A DNA stretch of 64,000 nt, from NCBI GenBank assembly GCA_965655095.1, contig OZ296649.1, positions 61,752,001 through 61,816,000 of the forward strand, written 5' to 3'. This document shows positions 11,986 through 23,827 of the stretch, piece after piece; position 1 is the stretch's first letter; the number at the start of each line of letters is the position of its first letter. The notes beneath the pieces are model-generated. The model was not told where the DNA came from. It did no database searches and was given only the letters and a program-made list of their open reading frames with translations. Made by a program: the position numbers and the translations under genes. This DNA is from Haplodiscus bocki. Lineage: Eukaryota.

Positions 11986-12891
11986 GATGAGTCTGTGAGC
12001 GTAATGGAGACCCGACAATCTGGATTCAAAAATTGCACCATCAACGAGATTATAAACGAAGAGAACCTAATTAAACTTGGATGGGTACCAGTGCCGTCAA
12101 TAAATGGCAGTGGTTGTACTTCGTGGACTGAAATAACTGAACAAATGAAAAAAAATGGATTAGCAGCTAGCGTTTGTGGTTATGGGACGAGTGAACCTGT
12201 AGTAGTCAGAAATCAGCAGCTCTTTGTTATCAATAATGAGTTTGTCAAAGATATTGCATCTATGAAAACTGGGTTACGGTTGATTTTAAATGTACGAAAA
12301 AAGTGGAAATTAAACGGGAGCAATAGAATTTATGGACCTATATCCAGTTTGGACTCAGAGTAATCGAAAACCTCCAATGCTTGGCCGTTCAATGCAGATG
12401 GTTTATGCAGATATTCATTTCCAAACACGCTTGGACTAACAAAAATAGATGGAATTTGTTCGTTTGGAAAACGGTTCACCGCAGGACACGTTGAAACCGG
12501 TGGTGACGATAGTATCACCCATGTGCCTGTTGGAAAAAAATTGATGGTAATTGCAAAACGTGGCAAGGCTTCAGGTCGCGTGGAGTCTCTGTTAACCTCT
12601 GCAAAGGCTGTTGTGAAGTTGTTATCAAAGCCCCCTTCTGCTCTCTGGAAACAGACCTTGAAGTTTTACATTTCGGACCCTTATTCGCTAAAGATTCAAC
12701 CAGCCCTTTCTGCTCACGCTGTCATTACTGTAAATGAGGGACCTGCTTTGGTCGTCGGATTTGAAGGTAAAATGGATGCGGATATAAATCGTTGGTCTCA
12801 GGTGCTTCAGTATTATTCAATAGGTTTGGGGCGTGATCGGAGAACTGTATTGCTGCAAAATTATTCTGATCCGCAGGCCCTGCTTAAATAG
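11986..12891 (+). pseudogene. JmjC-domain 2-oxoglutarate/Fe(II) dioxygenase-like ORF (one premature stop at 12361-12363; 3' end coincides with inversion breakpoint)
   Basis: ORFs 11995..12363 and 12523..12891 share a frame. Reading through gives ...RFTAGHVETGGDDSITHVPVGKKLMVIA...LKIQPALSAHAVITV... with Thr 12478, His 12487, Glu 12493, Lys 12538 and His 12715. Confidence 0.8.
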
Positions 12892-12926
12892 AACACTACG
12901 AAACACAGAAAACGTGCGATCTTAGA
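12892..12926 (+). repeat. Inverted terminal fragment of the 5' LTR
   Basis: aacactacgaaacacagaaaacgtgcgatcttaga is the reverse complement of 8053-8090 apart from a 3-bp indel and one mismatch. Confidence 0.85.
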
Positions 12927-12940
12927 TGCTGACAGGAGTG
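12927..12940 (+). promoter_or_regulatory. Degenerate primer-binding site, tRNA-Leu-like
   Basis: TGCTGACAGGAGTG directly follows the LTR end and matches 12/14 of TGGTGTCAGGAGTG, the complement of a typical tRNA-Leu(CAG) 3' end. Confidence 0.65.
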
Positions 12941-13414
12941 TGCGACGACGAGCTACACTGTGATCATCCACAACGACAATTGCAGAAATCTGGACTACTG
13001 GTCTAAAACAGAAGAAACAGCAGGACGATCTTGCCAAAAGTAGAAGATTGGGAACTCTACTTCTATTGGGAAATACAAAAGACACCCTCACCCAACACTA
13101 GTGCAAAGATGAAGCTGAAAACGATTTTCGTTGCCTGTAAGTTTCAAATTCATTCTAATCCTAGAGAGTTTCAGAAGCAGTAAAATTGATAAAAGCGCTC
13201 AGATTCTTTCAAACTGTTTGACATCCTCATTTCAATTGAAATCATAATTTTAACTCAGAGCGCCGAAGCAGTAAATTTATTTTGAGGCAGTAACTACCAA
13301 AATTTCCCGTTTTTTCTAAACTGATTCATTCCGTCATTCATTGTCTGTAATTTTTTGATCTGCTAAAATAAGCCCGTCATTCTTGAATTTTCAAAACCTT
13401 GGTAATTCGCAAAA

Positions 13415-14664
13415 ATGGCCGCAGCAGCAGCTCAATCGACAGTAAGCCTACCACTACGGAGGAAGTTCAAAAGACAACTGGACAGATTTTGAATCCTTAT
13501 TCCGTAGTATAATTGAAGTTACAGGTATTGCTGATGCACGAAGAGGATTTTTGAAACTACAATTAAAAGACTCAGCATTACAATTTTTCCACACACTAGA
13601 CCAAAACACCGGAGCAGACTTAGAAATAACAATAACAGCGTTAAAAAATCATTTTTGCAACCCAAACTTGAAAGAAATACATCATATCAACTTAGAAAAT
13701 ATGAAATTTAATCACAGAATCACCGGAAAGAATTTTTGGTCAAACTTCAAAATTTAGCTCTGAAAGCTTATCCAACACCGATTGATATACCAGTAGCACC
13801 AGTAGATGGAGACGTACCAAATGACCAGGACAGATTCGATCGAGAAACACGAGAAAATCAAAATAGACGGAATTTTGCGCAAATGGAAAGAGAAAGACAT
13901 ATAATTCGTCTCTTCAAAAAAGCAAGGCCAAACTTCATCAGATTAAAACTTCTGGAAGAACCAGAGGATGCAACAATTCAAGAATTATGCACAAAAGCAA
14001 GACAAAAACTGAATCTTAGAGAATTATGTCCAGTTGACGATTGGTCAAGAGACGGATTTAATGAGATGAGCTCTGAAAATTCAGAAAAATTTCTCACGGT
14101 TCTCACAAAAATGTCTGAAAATCAGAACTCCCTTGAAAACAGAATTGATGCCTTGACGCGAAAGCTTAATTCACAGGAACAAAATTCATCAAATAACTAA
14201 AAGGACAATGAACAACAAACTTAAAGGGAATTTCAGAGGCCGAACGTACCAAAATAGAGGAAACCGAGGAAATTTAAATAATCAAGGATATCAAAATCGA
14301 AACTATCAAAATCAAGGATCGAATATTTATCAAAACAACCAAAATCGCGGCAGATATAGTAATAATTTCAATCGAGGAAGCTATCGAGGGAGAAATAACT
14401 TTAGAGGCAATAACAGAGGAAACTTCTCGAATAACTATAACAATAATTTCAATAACAGCAATTCTCAGCAGCAAGGACATCAAAATAACGAAACAACAAG
14501 AAACACTGGAAATTCAGGAGGGCATATTGAAACTACTGCATTTTCACAAAAAGTTTGCTATAGTTGCGGTTAGCCAAATCATACCTCTCGAAATTGTGAA
14601 GCTAGAGGAAAAAGCAGTACCAGAGGTGGACAAATACCGTTCAATTCGCAACCAATAAAACTAA
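13415..14664 (+). pseudogene. gag: gag (frameshifted and with stops), Asn/Gly/Arg-rich linker and CCHC zinc knuckle
   Basis: Starts MAAAAAQSTVSLP; capsid-like LKLQLKDSALQFFHTL...LKNHF; N/Q/RG-rich tract 14208-14500; CYSCG*PNHTSRNC at about 14556-14597. Confidence 0.87.
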
Positions 14665-14699
14665 AAGCCACACACGTCAGCCAATCCAGAGGAAAACAT

Positions 14700-15242
14700 T
14701 AACCTTACTTTGCACACCACAGATAACGTTTAAGAAACTTCAGAACAAATAACGCACACAGAGAAGACTTTAAGCAATAAAAATGAAATTAATGAAGTTA
14801 CTCTGCTTGAAGGAGAAAACCTCATGTATATTCCATTGAAATTTGAAAATAAATTTCGCAGGAGAGCACTAATCGACACAGGGGCATGTGCAAACGCAAT
14901 GCCAGCGGATTTTGATAAAAAATTGAAAGAGGAATCCCCATACTCAATTTCCGAATTGCAACAAGCCTCATTTTTGAATGTAAAAGTAGCCTCTGGGCAA
15001 ACAGTAAAAGTTTTGGCTCAGGTGGATGTTAAACTCAAAGTTAACGACCACAATTTTCAAGATAGTTTTCTGATACTTCCTTCAATGAATAGTGTTGTTC
15101 TTGGTAACCCGTTTTTCAGGAAATATAATATTGAAATCAGTCCTGGCGAAAATCTTTTGAAACTGCCAGAAATAACTTATCAGCTCAATGAGATAAGAAT
15201 ACCCAAGGAAGTAAGACGCAAAATTCCACAAAGTAGATATAA
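14700..15242 (+). pseudogene. pol: 5' part of pol: aspartic protease, truncated by junction to LTR
   Basis: RALIDTGACANAM active site and VVLGNPFF motif. After IPQSRY the sequence switches abruptly to LTR at 15243. Confidence 0.9.
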
Positions 15243-15630
15243 CAATGTTCTTGTTGGATGCGAGGTCCCGCGGTTAGACTTGCTAAAAGTGATCTGTTCA
15301 ACAACTCTTCAAGCTATCGAAGAAATGGTTAGTTTTGCAGATTTATGAATTCAACTTTACTGTACTGCGTCGCCGCTTGTTATGTATCAAAATTTTTATG
15401 TGCTGAAGTTAATGGTAAGAGATAATTTAAATCATGAGGTATTTCCGCAATTTGACATATTTATCTAAATTCAGCATCGTTATGACTTTAAGATAAGTTC
15501 TAAAGTTTGAAGTTCATCACGAGAATGTGGCGTCATTAAATGATTAAAGGGTGATTAAGAGATTAGGAGATTAAGAGTTTCTCATATGAACTTTGCTTTC
15601 AGCATTTCAATCGTAACATGGAATGTTACA
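15243..15630 (-). repeat. 5' LTR, first 388 bp in original orientation
   Basis: Minus strand starts TGTAACATTCC; about 95% identical to 8139-8526; flanked by TSD ATGCC. Confidence 0.92.
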
Positions 15631-17020
15631 ATGCCTCAAAATTGCAATGGTCGTTAAAAACTAACTATAACCTGCAAACCACTCAGGAAGCTCCTCAATT
15701 TTAGGTTTTCAGCAGCTTCATTTTTTTGCATTGTCTGATGTTCCATTACTGAGAGACGAAATTATCAGCCTAACCTCCACGGGTTTCCACTGGAGTAGAC
15801 GGTTCTGGTTGTTTTGACTGGACGCCCTCAACTATCCAGGACACAACTCGGCCACCTGTGACGGCCGAGATACTGGGCTTTGGAGGCAATGGCCTGAGCT
15901 ATATTATGGCTCTACTCTGCTAACCACCATGGCTACACAAATCAGATGCGATGAAAACAGCGTCATGGGAACTCGAAAGAGAGCTTCGCCCGGTCAAGAA
16001 TACCGAAACAACGCAAGTCGGAGCTGAGCGTCAGTAAGCTACTGCAGAGAAACGGAGCACAGAGGCGAACCAACACTTTCTGACTAGTCGGATACATAAT
16101 TGACACTTTCAGAAACACGCAAAATATTTGTCAAGAGGTAGTTCGAAAGTCAAAGTGAAACAAGAACCTGTAACAGTGTCCGATGCTCGAAAAGTTGATC
16201 TGTCAATCATGGCTTTCTAGACTCACTATTTTGCGGCCGCATGCCTAACAGAGTAAACAACGACAAAAAATGTGTTCTGAAAAATATTAGATTTAAAATT
16301 TTCCAGCTGGCAAAAAATCCGATAGTTCTGAGCAAGATATCAAAAGAGCAAAATTTTCAAAGCTCCGATGTCTTGTTCACCAATCTTAACCATTTTCAGA
16401 GCTCTAAAATTTTTACATGTAACGTTTTTTTGGTGACACCTGATACACTGCCAGTACTGTCTCATATTCGAAGCATTGCCATGTCAAGCATTACCTTTTA
16501 GAATGCTGTTGTTCATTTTATAAACCAACGTTCAAAAATTTTGAACTTCTAAGAAAAAGAAAATAAAAAAGCTCCTCCAATAAGATGTTTCAAAAGGGGC
16601 CCTTTTTGACCGTTTACACTAGATCAAAAGACTCTTTGATGAGGTCAAAAAATGCAAGTTTTGGACAGGATAAAAAATCCGAATAGGCGGGTTTCCAATA
16701 CATATTCCTACTCTCACTCCGAACCTATAAAAAGAAGACGCTCAGCAAACGTTGAAAGAGAGGTAAGTCTCGTTTTGGGAGCATAGAATGTGAGAAAAAT
16801 ACAGGAAAAGCACGCATAACAATGTGACTCAAGAAATCAAACAGACGCAACTCCAGGTGTTAGGTTTGGTTGAGATGCGCAGGAACAACATTAGAAAAAA
16901 ATCTAGGAAGGCCATACCGTGTACGGCTCCGGAAACGACAGCCACACGGAGTCAGACCGAAATTGGAATGCGAAACGTATACACAGTGTAATAGCACTGT
17001 CATATAGATGCTAAGGGTTC

Positions 17021-20000
17021 AGTAGTAAGGAAGAGAGCTGGTCAGACGGGGGGATGGAGCCCCCTCCATGTATTAAAATAGAGTAGTACTTTATGACGCC
17101 TGTGGTAATTTAATGACACCTGCGGATACTTTATTAAGGAAGGGCAAGCGGGAGGGAGTCGTACACGCACGGCACAGAGCGGCGGGTATTTTATCAATGG
17201 AGCTGACAATTTTATGCCTGATGCTGTGTAAAAAAAGTGAATGAAAGTTTGGAAAAGAAAAATAGAAATATGAATTTGAACAAATACCTCGTATATATAG
17301 AAATTATTCATGCAATGGAACATTATGGATTCCATCTACTTCCAAATTTCGTTTAGGATAAAAATAGGAGAATCTTTCCTTTGTCTGCTCGTAGGTTATT
17401 CAAAAGGCTGGACACTTACTTTTGTATTGATTGGTGCCTCGGAACAATTCTAACTGCATGTTTTTGGTTGCGGCAGGTTGAAAATATATGGAAGTTTGTC
17501 AGAAATAGGCATAGACAAGCTGTTATTGAGAAGCACCCAGCTCTCGGCTAATTTTTTGGGAAAGAGAACAAAAACCATTTATCATTAGACCAAGCTCTAC
17601 CCATTAAGTGTTGAGACTAAATTCCGACATCTTAAGGCTTTAAAAACAAAGCTGCATTAAATTTTTAATACTTTATGATAAATAATCAATTTCAAAATCA
17701 CAAATCTATCAGGAAACGAATCCCTGATTCTCCATAAAATGGTCTAATGCTTACTTCTACTGATAATTGCGATGCGTTACCGCAGTTCGATCAGCCTTAT
17801 TTTTATAGTTTGTCTTGTTTGGATTTGAGTGCTTCTGTTTCAAGAATTCCTTCCTCAATAATCTCTCTTTAGTGACACCTGGCATTCGTGCAATTAATTT
17901 GAAGTGTTGGTTAAAGTTTAGGGCTCTCTCCATGATATCGAAAAATTGTCCTTTTATAGTACACTCTTTTATTGAATCTCAATAGGAACACGGTGTAAAA
18001 ACAATCCACAAACTGATACGTCAATTGATGCTCATTTAACTTGTCAAACAATTGTTTCATACCATTTTTTTCAATGAGTAGTATGTGGTAACGGCAATCA
18101 CATAAGGAACAGTAATTTGCAGTGCGATTCAGTCCGCAAAAAAAACGCCAGTAAGTAGATGTTTCTCAAATTGATCCGTGGGAGATTTGTGAGTGATGTG
18201 AATAAAAACTGGGCTCTGCTTGTAACACAACAGCAGCCATTATTGTTGTAACAGCTTTGTCTTCTCAAACAAAAATGAGTTGATTGACGTACAACCACAC
18301 AGCCTATTACCTAGATGTACATAAATGGGCAAAGTTTACACTTTTACTTTGAAAACCACTTTTGTTGACCAATTAGCATGCAAAGAAATTGCAAGCTGAT
18401 TCTGAGTGCCATGTAGGGAAAAAAATCCCCGAAGATTTGGTAGCTGGAAATGATCAACAAACAGCGTGAAGTTTGCGGAGCCTCGAGATTGGTGACTCTA
18501 ATTCGAAAAACTTATATTTTAACCAAAAAAGGAAGCTCTTCCGTATATGGACAAAAACTGATCTTTTCAGTAAAACACGATTTCTCATAAATGTATGGTT
18601 GCCTCTCATCTCTTCGCATTCGGAAAGTTCGACCTACCAAGAAACAACACTTTTTCAAATATGATTACAAGCTAAAAACGTAAACCGCTGAAAAACGTTT
18701 CGAAAACTTACGAGTTTCTGTGAGAGTCGACCAGATTGCTATTTAAAATGAATGAACTCCCATTAATTAATGCGAGACGAGACTAACAATATTCAAAGTA
18801 TAGGCATAAAAGATTGGGTATATACAGCATAACCTTAAAGTAGTGCAGTACGTGTCCTAACCGATCCAGCTTTAAAGTAGTACAGTACGTGTCCTAACCG
18901 ATCCAGCTAGCAGAGTCCAGGGTCGGATTATAGTTTGCAGAGATTACCAATGCAGTAAGAGCTTGGAGGAGGAAAGTTGACTTCAATTTGCACGAAAACA
19001 AATTCCAGCTCTTAAACGGAGTTGATCGTTCGATAACCGTTAAGAAAAATGTGCAGAGTAATAATTCCACAGTAATTTGAGAAAAGTAAAGAAGTAAAGA
19101 GAGTTCATTCTGGGAGTTCGCTGAGATATTGGGTCATTTAGCGCAGTACAAGGTACTAACTGAGCATTTCTCTCGTAGCGTGCACTGTTTTTTGTTGTTT
19201 CTGTACCCAGCTCTCACAAATTACTTGTTCTTCTGGTTGAAGGAAGCCATTTCAGCAAAAAGTGTTCAACAGACGAATCTGAAGTGAACGTAAAAATAGA
19301 AGCAACTTGTTTGTAGCAATGCAGAAGAGAAAACTGCTACAAAAACATGAAGCAAATATGAAGCAAGTGTTTCTTATTACAATATACCATAAAAGAAAAG
19401 TCCATAAAAGAGAACACTAGTCACGTAACCATTAAAGGAGCTGTCAATCGAAAGTTGAAGTGACGCCATTGGTACCCCAAGTAAGGATACACAAGTGAAA
19501 AGATAACACAAACTACGTGATGCTATTCTTCATCAACCGCTGGAGGCACTTTCTCGTTTTGGTCTTTCGTAAGAGAAAAGCAATCAAGTGGAACAATGAA
19601 CCTACGAAAAGGCGAAAGATTGTCTGAGAAAAACACTCAAGTGGAATAGTTTCACCTGATAGGGAGACAGGCTATCTGGGAAAACCATTCACGAGGAACA
19701 GTGATCCTGCGCTAAGTCGAAAGATTGTCGTAGAAAATCACTCAAGTGGAACAATTTCCACTGATATGGAGACAGCTTATCTGAGAAAAACAATCTTGCG
19801 AAACAACCATCCTCTCAGGTATATAGGGTTTGTCTGAGAAAACTATGCGTTTCCTGATAAGAGAGCAATAAGCACACAAAATGAAGTGCTGTAAGGGACC
19901 AGTAAAAGCTACCATTGAGGGAATATTTATTGCGTTACAAGAAGCCGGTGAATTCAAAACACTTTTTCCTATATGGTGCTTCTTTGCTTTTCCAATCCTC

Positions 20001-20775
20001 GGAGCTCGTTCTCAAACCTCAAGTTCCTCAAGCTGCTTCCCTTTCAGTGACTTTTTGAGTTTCAACGCGACAAGTTTCCAGAGACCGAAACGCTTTTTTG
20101 TATCAATACTACGAGAATATGAAGATTTTTCACTCTCTGTCAATTACGCAACCTTCCCTACAAGGACACTTTTTTCATTATTTTTTTGCTGTAGATTCGT
20201 GCTGGTTTGAAAGTACAAAAATGCAAATGTTTACGTTTTCACAAACTAAAATGACTCAAATAGTGACTTATGCATGCGACTTTTTGTTCAATTTCAGGTG
20301 CATCAAAAAACCATTTAAACTCAAAATGTGACATGTCATAAAATGTTCCATTCGAAACCTGATTTTCAATTTTCCTTTCAGGTTTTCATTCAATAAAAAT
20401 TTCTATTGCTAAGGTCGAAAACAATTTTTTGTCCGGAACGGAAAAGAGTCATCTTTCTGTATTTTTGCGTAGAGACGGGTTGGTTGTAACATTGCAGCTA
20501 CCATCTGAATACTGATGCGGTTTCGTGAACAATTGAATCTGAAAAACAAAATGACATTATTTCTTGCACGAAGTCACCAAAACCGGAAGACCTTCAATTT
20601 TGGAAGCTTGTCATGGCAATGACCAAAAAGGAAGAATTTCCGTCTATGGAGATTCGTTGTCTCAATGACCAAGAAAGAAATTCCATACAAGGTAGGTTTG
20701 ATTCGATTGAAATGGCATAAAAGCAGAAACTTGCACTCTGAGAAACCATTCTTTATTAATCGTCCTCAAATAGAA
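17021..20775. repeat. Left arm of inverted duplication IR2 (includes ~1.04-kb segment 19039-20080 absent from right arm)
   Basis: 17087-19038 mirrors about 24531-26483 and 20081-20769 mirrors about 23834-24524. Mirrored ORFs: 18098..18298- with 25270..25470+, and 20098..20331+ with 24273..24506-. AGTAGTA occurs at 17021 and 17082. Confidence 0.93.
18835..18908. repeat. 37-bp tandem duplication (mirrored at ~24660-24733)
   Basis: Two copies of ttaaagtagt(g/a)cagtacgtgtcctaaccgatccagct. Confidence 0.9.
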
Positions 20776-20816
20776 TATACACTCCTGGACTGACTATACT
20801 TTTAAAGTATAGATTC

Positions 20817-20970
20817 AGTGGAAGTGTTGGTGTCAAGAGCTTTATTTGTGCAGAGAGCAGTCTACTTAAATCAAAGAAACAGAGAAGTGTGCGTTCTGTT
20901 CAATCTTCTGTCTCTTCGATTAAAGTAGACTGCTCTCTGCACAAGCCAAGCTTTTGACAACACTTCCACT
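20817..20970. repeat. MITE-like fold-back (~65-bp imperfect arms)
   Basis: agtggaagtgttg...tgtgcagagagcagtctact pairs with agtagactgctctctgcaca...caacacttccact. Confidence 0.8.
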
Positions 20971-21119
20971 AGGTCGATACAAGAAGAGTGCATATAATCA
21001 ATCTACGAGTTGATATGTGAAGCAGGATGCGTCCATTTTCGGCAGCAACTTTTCAACATCACCCAGCATTAAAATGTGTTGTCTCCAATTGGGTAAAAAG
21101 CAAGTCTTAATGTCGAGGT

Positions 21120-21480
21120 GGGTAAGAGATGGACAAAGTGTTAAGGTAGGCACTACATGAACAATGTACTAAGGTAAGGTTTATTACGGCAATGTATTAC
21201 GATAGGCATAACATGGACAAAATGTTAAGGTAGACAATATAAGAACAATGTAATAAGAGAGGGTATATTTCGGCGAGGCAAAAAGAAAAGCAATACATGG
21301 ACAATGTATAAAGGTAGACAAAAAATGGAGGATGTTTCGAGATAGTCAATAAATCGACAATGCAGAAAAGTATTGTATAGGTTCGGGTGCCTGATTCAAG
21401 GAGTTAGGATAAAGTTCGGCTTTTAGCAAGAGCCGAGTGCGTTCGGCGATCAATGTATTAGGATAGGTTGTAAAGCCAGC
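21120..21480. repeat. Degenerate ~30-bp minisatellite (caatgtattaaggtagg core); related copies at 22490-22900
   Basis: Repeated (g)gacaatgt..taaggtag units. Confidence 0.65.
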
Positions 21481-22099
21481 TCTTCCCAGTAAAAAGAAAA
21501 GGTCATAACGCCTCGAAGCTGAGAAAGATGTACACCTATGTTTTAAGGTATGCTATACTTCTGCCTTGTTTGAAGGTAGGATGGGGCTTCTTGAAGTTAC
21601 GGGGCACCTAGGGTAGGTTAAGACCCCCTCTTCCACATGTCTTGAGATCCTTTTTGATCAGGCAACATCTTTCTTTGTTGGTGCATAGACTGCGACTGAG
21701 AACAACCTACACCTAATCTAAACAACGTGTACATTCTGTGTAAGCATCAGTCTCTGTATTGTTTTGCTTTTTCGTGTTGATCACACAATACCATTAAAGC
21801 AATTGCATGGAGTTCCAACTAAAGTGTTCTTTTTCATGTTTTCAGATTTCAGAGTGTTTTTTTTTGAAAACACTGTTGATCTGCTAAAACTTACGCTCCA
21901 CGTAGTTCTGTTCGTAATCTCAGTGAACATTTTTTTGTCACGACGCTGTTATTTCCAGATTGATAGGCGAACTGACGTTTGCTGCAGATTTCAGTTGTAC
22001 ATGTGGCAACTTGATCCATTACAGACATCTTTTCACTTCTCTCTACAACATCTAGTTACTATAACTGTCAGCAGAAAGGACTATTCAGTCAGAAACTGA

Positions 22100-22430
22100 A
22101 AAACAAGTTAAAAATCAGATCTTGAATCAAAAGTTTTACAACGTGTCAGATTCTGATTTGAAAAAATTGCAACGTGTCAGGTTGTTGGAAAACTTTCAAC
22201 GTGTCAAATTTTGACGGAAAAAATACATTCAAAAATTACGTTTCAGCTCATTTTACTCCGCAAAAACGACGAACTTATCATTTTTCGTGCTTGTTTGAAA
22301 AGCATGATTTTGAGTTCAAAATTTTACAACACGGCAGATTTTGAAAAAGATTTTACTTGTTAGATTTTGAAAGAAAAATTTTACAAAGCGTCAGATTTTG
22401 AAACTGGTCTTTCGTAACGGGTTAAATTTA
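22100..22430. repeat. Degenerate array of caacgtgtcagattttga units
   Basis: Units near 22139, 22170, 22197, 22327 and 22384. Confidence 0.7.
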
Positions 22431-22717
22431 TGGTTTGTCTTCCTTGCAATTGGTCAAACTCTCACCCAATTTTACAAAAAAACGAAGTTTTTTCGGCAAT
22501 GTATTAAGGTATGGCATGAGTTCTGGTGGTCGAGTTAATGTAATAGGAAAGTTTGGTTTCCAAACGGTGATCAATATAATGAAATTTATTCGGACAGCTT
22601 ATTCGAGCCGAGCATGTGCAGCAATTTACTTGGATAGGGAATTGTATTCGACAAGTTTTTAATAGGGACTATAGGATTTGCAATGTATAAGACATAAGGA
22701 GACAGGTTTCAGAGACT

Positions 22718-22770
22718 GCTTTTCGGCGTCATGTTGCTTTTCGGCGTCATGTTGCTTTTCGGCGTAATGT
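22718..22770. repeat. 19-bp tandem repeat, about 3 copies
   Basis: tgcttttcggcgtcatgtt repeated. Confidence 0.9.
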
Positions 22771-23827
22771 TTTATGATAGCTGCTCATACGACCGACCTG
22801 TTCAAGTATTGAAGGAGGGTATAGAGACAGGAAGCTGAGGAGGGTGTGGAACTATGTTTCACGGTAGGATGAATTTCAGCAATATATTAAAATAGGTTGC
22901 AGATTTCGGTGCTTATGGGAGTTTTACTTTATTTAAGTACTTGTTGATGAAGTTTTCTTCGCCGAAATTTTCAAAGAACAGGAACCAAGAAAATATATTT
23001 CCAAAAACAATGTGAAAAATGCACCAAAAAATGATGGAAATGGAACAACTAAAAGAAACAGTTACGCCTAAATACATTTACAGTTCATCACAAACGGAGG
23101 AACTTCATCCATTGCTCCTGGCTTCCAACAAAGACTCAACTCTTCAACCGTAGCAGCTGTTTCAGTCACTCGTCCGTCCGGTAAGTGATTTCTTTCAAAG
23201 AACGCAAAACTGACGCGTAACCCCTTCTTATTACTATCTGCCGATCATAATGAGGAGAATACAGGATGTTTGTCTGTTTTAGGTTGGTGATCTGATGTTT
23301 CACGATACTCAGTGGTCAATAGATACGTATCGAGAGTGTAGTTGAGTAATAAAGGAGCTGCTGGATCCACGTCCCATACAGTGCTAGGGTCCAGAAAGAC
23401 GTTAGAGGTAGGCTGCTCATCAAGAAAACAGCTATGTTGATCGTTACTAGGGATGAATTTGAGGTTTTCTCAGGATCTGGAAATAATTTCATGTTCCCGC
23501 TTGATGTGTTCAACTTTTCTAGGAGCTTCAGGGCAGAGAGTAATACCGCAATCAAAATCCACACAATGTTCTCATCAATGAAGTGCACGAAGTCATCGAG
23601 AGAAACAGTCTTCTTGAAATTATCACAATTCGATACAAGGTCTACTTCCGCGCTCAAAAGGGAATGAATTGTGAGCTTCGAGCAAACTTTATGCAAAAGT
23701 GACAAAATGCAAAAGTCAAATTTTTCTTTTTCGACAAAGGTTGAGCAGTGAATTCTGTTTGTAGACAGCTGATAGTGCGAAAAATCACCAGTGGTTAGGT
23801 ATGTTGGTAGGTGGAAGAAGCGCGTTA

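Larger units (their letters stand above)
8053..15630 (-). mobile_element. Env-bearing Ty3/gypsy (ERV-like) LTR retroelement, internally inverted and deleted for RT/RNaseH/IN, carrying a JmjC-like accessory ORF
   Basis: 5-bp TSD ATGCC at 8048-8052 and 15631-15635. LTR copies 8139-8526 and 15243-15630 differ at about 18 of 388 bp. Also PPT, PBS-like site, gag with CCHC knuckle, DTG protease and env. Confidence 0.93.

Noticed and set aside
12866-12920. Hammerhead-ribozyme-like ctgat...cgaaac
   Set aside because: Lacks the CUGANGA core and stems; the region is the JmjC/inverted-LTR junction.
15243-15348. C-terminal extension of the protease ORF
   Set aside because: Chance read-through into LTR sequence after the rearrangement junction.
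15700-16990. Possible RTE-like LINE relic interrupted by an AT-rich repeat
   Set aside because: Motif traces are too faint to support as a feature without an alignment.
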